From Candidatus Electronema halotolerans (GTDB lineage: Bacteria; Desulfobacterota; Desulfobulbia; Desulfobulbales; Desulfobulbaceae): DNA of 32,000 nt. The translations under genes were made by a program, and so were the position numbers. The notes under the pieces are model-generated. The model saw only the letters and a list, made by a program, of their open reading frames with translations. It had not been told where the DNA came from and did no database searches. The DNA is taken from the NCBI GenBank assembly GCA_942493095.1, contig OW818675.1, positions 2,880,001 to 2,912,000 of the forward strand, read 5' to 3'. Positions 27,952 through 32,000 of the stretch are shown piece by piece. Position 1 is the stretch's first letter. Each line of letters starts with the position of its first letter.

Positions 27952-28731
27952 ATGCCTGCACCAGAAATACAGATTTCAAAAGACGGCCTGAGACTTTCTT
28001 ATCAGCGATATTTGGCAGACAGTGCTGCTGGTTTCTTGGTGATTCTAATCGTATTGCTTGCTCTGAACAAAGGTGTGCCGCTTCCTTTTTTGGGCCATTC
28101 ACTTGAGTCACTTACAACGTTATCAAAAGATACTAAGGTGTTTGTTTTTCTTATTACCTTCCTACTTGCTACACCGCTTGGTCTCACGATAAACGGACTG
28201 AGCTGGTTTTTTCTTGGCTGGTGCAAGCTGTATAGTATAGATATTTGGTTAAAATCTCCTGAAAAGTACTTTAATCCATTTTTTCCTACTAAAAAATCTT
28301 TTAGATACAAAAAACTTGTCACTTTTTTCTTCAATAATAATCAATTATCAGGAAAAATTTATGAAGTATCTGAACAATATCAAGATTACCTGAGCATATT
28401 CTTTAAAGACAGGATACGATTAGAACATGTGACAGGATTGTCCCAATTTGCAAGAAATGTTTCTTTTATTTCTGTATGTTATGTTTTTATTATTTTCTAT
28501 AAGTTGTCGTGGTGCCCAGAAACAACCTTAGTCACATCTCACCATTTCATATTGCTTGGTATATTAATCGCTATACTTGCAGCTATTCTCTACTCATTAT
28601 TAGAGAGCTTTCGGTGTTTGAAAATTCTGTCAACCATCCATCTTCTCTGTATTGCTCGTGGGATAACACATAACACGTCGGATGATCCTGAAAAACTAAT
28701 CAAAAAAATACATGCCGCCTATTTTGCGTGA
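27952..28731 (+). CDS. Orphan AT-rich integral membrane protein (about 4 TM helices), unknown function
   Basis: 259-aa ORF with SD GAGGGG. It has about four hydrophobic helices, starting near residues 26, 63, 168 and 197. The lines I counted are 23-42% G+C, against about 55-60% in the flanks. No family recognised. Confidence 0.6.
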   Translation: MPAPEIQISKDGLRLSYQRYLADSAAGFLVILIVLLALNKGVPLPFLGHSLESLTTLSKDTKVFVFLITFLLATPLGLTINGLSWFFLGWCKLYSIDIWLKSPEKYFNPFFPTKKSFRYKKLVTFFFNNNQLSGKIYEVSEQYQDYLSIFFKDRIRLEHVTGLSQFARNVSFISVCYVFIIFYKLSWCPETTLVTSHHFILLGILIAILAAILYSLLESFRCLKILSTIHLLCIARGITHNTSDDPEKLIKKIHAAYFA

Positions 28732-28776
28732 TAACAGCGGCACTGCAAATTCACCCAATCCATAAGGAAACAGATC

Positions 28777-30042
28777 ATGACCAACAGTGAAATCGAACAG
28801 CTTATTATCAACATGGCGGAAAAGGGCCGCAAAGCAGCCCGCAAGCTCGCCGCCCTGCCGACTGCGGTGAAAAACAGCATCCTGCTGCAAACTGCCGAGC
28901 AGCTTGAAGCGCAGCGCGAGGCCATCAAGGCCGAAAATGCCAAAGACTTGGCTGCTGGCCGCGAGAAAGGGCTGTCTGCCGCCATGCTTGATCGACTGAC
29001 CCTGAGCGACAAGGTCATCAACTCCATGATTCAGGGCTTGCAGGAAATTGCGGCCCTGCCAGACCCGGTCGGCACGGTTGACGACATGAAGCGTAGGCCG
29101 AGCGGCATTACGGTGGGCCGGATGCGGGTGCCGCTGGGCGTGATCGGCATGATCTACGAGGCGCGGCCCAACGTGACCATTGATGCCGCCGCCCTCTGTC
29201 TGAAGGCGGGCAACGGGGTGCTTCTGCGCGGAGGCTCTGAGGCGATTCATTCCAACCTCGCCTTGGCCAAGCTGCTGCAAGAGGTGCTGGCTGCGCACGA
29301 AGTACCTGCCGAGGCGGCCCAAGTCATCCCGGTCACTGATCGCTACGGCATCAACGTCATGCTGGCGCAGGAGCAGTTCATTGACGTGATCATCCCCAGA
29401 GGCGGCGAGGGCCTGATCCGCTTTGTCACGGAGAATTCTAAAATTCCGGTGCTCAAGCACTACAAGGGCGTGTGTCATCTCTACATGGATGAGAGCGGCG
29501 ATGTCGCCACCGGCATCCGTATCACCATGAACGGCAAGACCCAGCGGCCCGGTGTCTGCAATGCCTTGGAAGGAATGCTGATTCACAAGGATGCTGCACC
29601 TTGCTTTCTGCCTGCGGCAGCCAAGGAATTGATGGCTGCCGGGGTTGAGCTGCGCGGCTGCGAGCGAAGCCGGGCCATCGTCCCGGAGATTGTCGCGGCG
29701 CAGGACAGCGACTGGGGCACCGAATTCCTTGATTTGAAAATGATTGTCCGGGTGGTTGAGGACATGGATGAGGCCATCCGCTACATCGAGCAGTATGGCT
29801 CGCAGCACACCGAGGTGATTGTCACCGAGTCCTACGCTGCCAGCCAGCGTTTCCTGCGCGAAGTGGATGCCTCGGCAGTAATGATCAACGCTTCCAGCCG
29901 CTTCAACGACGGCGGCCAGTTTGGTTTGGGCGCGGAGATCGGCATTTCCACCACCAAGCTGCACGCCTACGGCCCGATGGGGCTGGAGGAGCTGACCACG
30001 CGCAAGTTTGTGGTCTATGGTGAGGGCGAGATTCGCCAGTAA
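28777..30042 (+). CDS. proA: Glutamate-5-semialdehyde dehydrogenase (gamma-glutamyl phosphate reductase)
   Basis: 421 aa with ProA-typical LDRLTL, IYEARPNVT, LLRGGSEA and catalytic Cys in RPGVCNALE. Confidence 0.95.
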   Translation: MTNSEIEQLIINMAEKGRKAARKLAALPTAVKNSILLQTAEQLEAQREAIKAENAKDLAAGREKGLSAAMLDRLTLSDKVINSMIQGLQEIAALPDPVGTVDDMKRRPSGITVGRMRVPLGVIGMIYEARPNVTIDAAALCLKAGNGVLLRGGSEAIHSNLALAKLLQEVLAAHEVPAEAAQVIPVTDRYGINVMLAQEQFIDVIIPRGGEGLIRFVTENSKIPVLKHYKGVCHLYMDESGDVATGIRITMNGKTQRPGVCNALEGMLIHKDAAPCFLPAAAKELMAAGVELRGCERSRAIVPEIVAAQDSDWGTEFLDLKMIVRVVEDMDEAIRYIEQYGSQHTEVIVTESYAASQRFLREVDASAVMINASSRFNDGGQFGLGAEIGISTTKLHAYGPMGLEELTTRKFVVYGEGEIRQ

Positions 30043-30047
30043 GAATA

Positions 30048-30638
30048 ATGGAGCGGATCGGGCTGTTCGGCGGCACCTTTGACCCAGTGCATTGCGGCCA
30101 TCTGGCGATTGCCGAGCAGGCTGCGGAAGAACTGCGGCTCGCCCAGATGCTCTTCATCCCGGCTCCTGATCCGCCTCATAAGCGAAAGACGACAGCGACT
30201 TACGGGCAGCGGGTCGCCATGCTGGAGCTGGCCTTGGCCGACCATGATCGCTTCAGCGTCTCCCTGCTGGAGTCTGAGCTGCCCAAACCTTCCTACACGG
30301 CTGACACCCTGCTGGAGCTGCGCAAGCGTCTGGCCGGGCAGTTTTATTTCCTCATTGGTGCGGATTCGTTGCTGGAGCTGCACCTCTGGAACCGCTTTCA
30401 GGATTTGCTCAAGCTGACCAAATTCATCGTCATTTCACGGCCCGGCATTCCGCTGCCAGCCATGCGGCAGGCGATGGAGCGGCTGCCCGGTAATTTTGTT
30501 CCGCTCGTCAACCGGCTGAAGGAGGATGTTTCATCCACTGCGATTCGGGCGCAGTTGCGGCTGGGCGAAAAAACAGAGCTATTGGATAGGCGGGTGGTAG
30601 GGTATATTGAGCGGGAGAGGTTGTATAAATCTGTCTGA
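30048..30638 (+). CDS. nadD: Nicotinate-nucleotide adenylyltransferase
   Basis: 196 aa with IGLFGGTFDPVHCGHL (HxGH nucleotidyltransferase motif) and the C-terminal SSTAIR motif. It lies 5 nt downstream of proA. Confidence 0.9.
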   Translation: MERIGLFGGTFDPVHCGHLAIAEQAAEELRLAQMLFIPAPDPPHKRKTTATYGQRVAMLELALADHDRFSVSLLESELPKPSYTADTLLELRKRLAGQFYFLIGADSLLELHLWNRFQDLLKLTKFIVISRPGIPLPAMRQAMERLPGNFVPLVNRLKEDVSSTAIRAQLRLGEKTELLDRRVVGYIERERLYKSV

Positions 30639-30665
30639 CAAAAAACAGTCATCTTAATGCAGTAG

Positions 30666-31859
30666 ATGGAGAATGAAAGAATAATGGGTAAAACTTTTAA
30701 AAACAGCGGCGGAGAACAGAACATCGCTCAAGGTGACTATGCTATCGGCAGACAGATAAACACCTTTGGTATCCCTCCAGAAATCTTTGAAAAGTATGCG
30801 ACGAAGCTCGCTGTTACAGAATCTGCTTTAAGCAGTTTCTTCAAAACATTAGGAATAAAACAGGTTTCCCTTGACGATATAGATGGCAAATTACGTGAAA
30901 TTGCAGCTAATCATAAAGAACTATTGCAAAAATTACAGAATAACGCAGCAGAGTTATCAAAAAAATCAGAAGGTGCAGATATGAGTTCAAATTTGATTTA
31001 TATTGAAATATCAATGAAAGATGCGGAGTTGTATCAGGAGGCGTATGAGATACTGCTCAACAAGCTCGTTGAATGGAATGAAATAGCTATCAATAATGGA
31101 GCATCTAAAGCTCCATATGAATATGAAGTAAAGCGATTGCCAATCATAGTTAATTTTTTTAAGAAAAAAATTGCGTCAGGGAGTTATTTTATCACTGATA
31201 GAGTTAGCGAAGAGACCTTGCGTCTCAAAAAATCAGCTCTTCTTTGTGCTGCACATCAACATGAACAGCAGCTCCTCGAAAAATCAAAGAATGGCTGGCC
31301 ACCAGCAGTGATAGAGGCGGCTAAGGAGAAATCCAGAAGATTCAAAGAGCTTGCCGATAAGATTAAATATGATCTTCCAGAAAATTTGGCAGATATTCTG
31401 CCAAGATCAAATGTAACCGTTAATGATCATCATATCCGAGGCAAGGACTGGGAATGGGATGCGTTTATCAGCCACGCATGGGAGGATAAGGAAAATTTTG
31501 TTGCATCACTTGCTGCTGCTTTAGAGGAACAGGGCTTGAAAATATGGTACGACGAGTCAGTACTTAAAGTTGGTGATAGCCTCAGACGCTCCATAGATAA
31601 TGGATTGTCAAAATCAAGATATGGGATTGTTGTGTTAAGTCATTCTTTTTTGAAAAAAGAGTGGCCACAAAAAGAACTTGATGGGATATTCGCAAAAGAG
31701 CGGAATGGGATAAAAGTGCTGCTGCCGATATGGCATAATATTTCTTCAGAAGATATTGAAAAATTTTCGCCTATGCTGGCTGATCGTCTGGCAGTTTCAT
31801 CCAGCAAAGGACTTCCTCATGTCGTTGAGCAATTGTTGAGTGCGATTCAGCAATCGTAA
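30666..31859 (+). CDS. TIR-domain protein with an unassigned ~250-aa helical N-terminal region
   Basis: The C-terminal ~140 aa read WDAFISHAWEDKENFVASLAAALEEQGLKIWYDESVLKVGDSL...YGIVVLSHSFLKKEWPQKELDG, a TIR fold with the conserved Glu. The gene is AT-rich (lines counted 33-47% G+C). An alternative start is the ATG at 30684 (MGKTFKN). Confidence 0.85.
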   Translation: MENERIMGKTFKNSGGEQNIAQGDYAIGRQINTFGIPPEIFEKYATKLAVTESALSSFFKTLGIKQVSLDDIDGKLREIAANHKELLQKLQNNAAELSKKSEGADMSSNLIYIEISMKDAELYQEAYEILLNKLVEWNEIAINNGASKAPYEYEVKRLPIIVNFFKKKIASGSYFITDRVSEETLRLKKSALLCAAHQHEQQLLEKSKNGWPPAVIEAAKEKSRRFKELADKIKYDLPENLADILPRSNVTVNDHHIRGKDWEWDAFISHAWEDKENFVASLAAALEEQGLKIWYDESVLKVGDSLRRSIDNGLSKSRYGIVVLSHSFLKKEWPQKELDGIFAKERNGIKVLLPIWHNISSEDIEKFSPMLADRLAVSSSKGLPHVVEQLLSAIQQS

Positions 31860-31861
31860 GA

Positions 31862-32000
31862 TTGATCGAGCGCGGCAATTTTTCGACTGCCGAAAAACGG
31901 CGGCAATACCGGCAACTCGTGGAAAAAGTCGCTAATGCCGCCGCCTTAAAGCAGGAATTTCAGCGAAAACTCAAAAACGTTGAACAGAGCCTTGCTGCGG
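31862..32000 (+). CDS. Partial ORF of unknown function, open to the window end (start unclear)
   Basis: The frame is open from TTG 31862 to the window end (LIERGNFSTAEKRRQYRQLVEKVANAAALKQEFQRKLKNVEQSLAA..). G+C returns to backbone level. There is no SD and no family is recognised. Confidence 0.25.
   Translation, partial: MIERGNFSTAEKRRQYRQLVEKVANAAALKQEFQRKLKNVEQSLAA

Noticed and set aside
27680-27991. 103-aa plus-strand ORF upstream of the AT-rich membrane gene
   Set aside because: It has no convincing SD at either ATG (27680 or 27812), overlaps the next gene by 40 nt and has no recognisable domain. It could be real but is unsupported.
28696-29964. 422-aa minus-strand ORF
   Set aside because: It is antisense to proA, which has clear family motifs. 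This is a shadow ORF.
30666-31859. Calling the TIR gene Thoeris ThsB
   Set aside because: No ThsA-type (SIR2, SLOG or Macro) gene is adjacent. nadD lies upstream and an unassigned helical ORF downstream.

Overview
About 32 kb of a fairly GC-rich bacterial chromosome (roughly 55-60% G+C by eye). The gene content (hypCDE, an FNT channel, a cytochrome bd-like/heme c fusion, a two-CW-type Cys-rich protein) suggests an anaerobic Desulfobacterota-type organism, but that is inference. The backbone is housekeeping: FNT channel, hypC-hypD-hypE, mtaB, lysC, SulP/STAS permease, asnS, ZIP transporter, secA, a GNAT, dapF, proA and nadD. Four accessory modules are interleaved. (i) At 1.2-4.1 kb: AIM24, TerY (vWA), a tiny antisense His/Asp-rich secreted peptide missing from the ORF track, then TerY (vWA) with a TerY-C zinc ribbon. 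(ii) At 25.0-27.0 kb: a second Ter-type block, TerD-TerD-TerY. (iii) At 12.8-14.6 kb: an EACC1-like small protein plus a caspase (peptidase C14) fused to a DUF1566/Lcl-C-like domain, with the caspase gene bracketed by two GTAGGG-N16-CCCTAC palindromes. (iv) Two strongly AT-rich single-gene islands flank proA-nadD: an orphan 4-TM membrane protein (27.95-28.7 kb) and a protein with an unassigned N-terminal region and a C-terminal TIR domain (30.7-31.9 kb). Other items are a zinc-PLC-like protein with a membrane-anchored partner, a 5 x 23-bp intergenic repeat array, a Kazal-domain lipoprotein and a secreted repeat protein that is more than 50% proline. I saw no rRNA, tRNA, CRISPR array, transposase or integrase. 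The best candidates for an undescribed system are the EACC1-like/caspase-DUF1566 pair and the orphan TIR protein. All functional calls come from motif recognition by eye and need HMM or structure confirmation.
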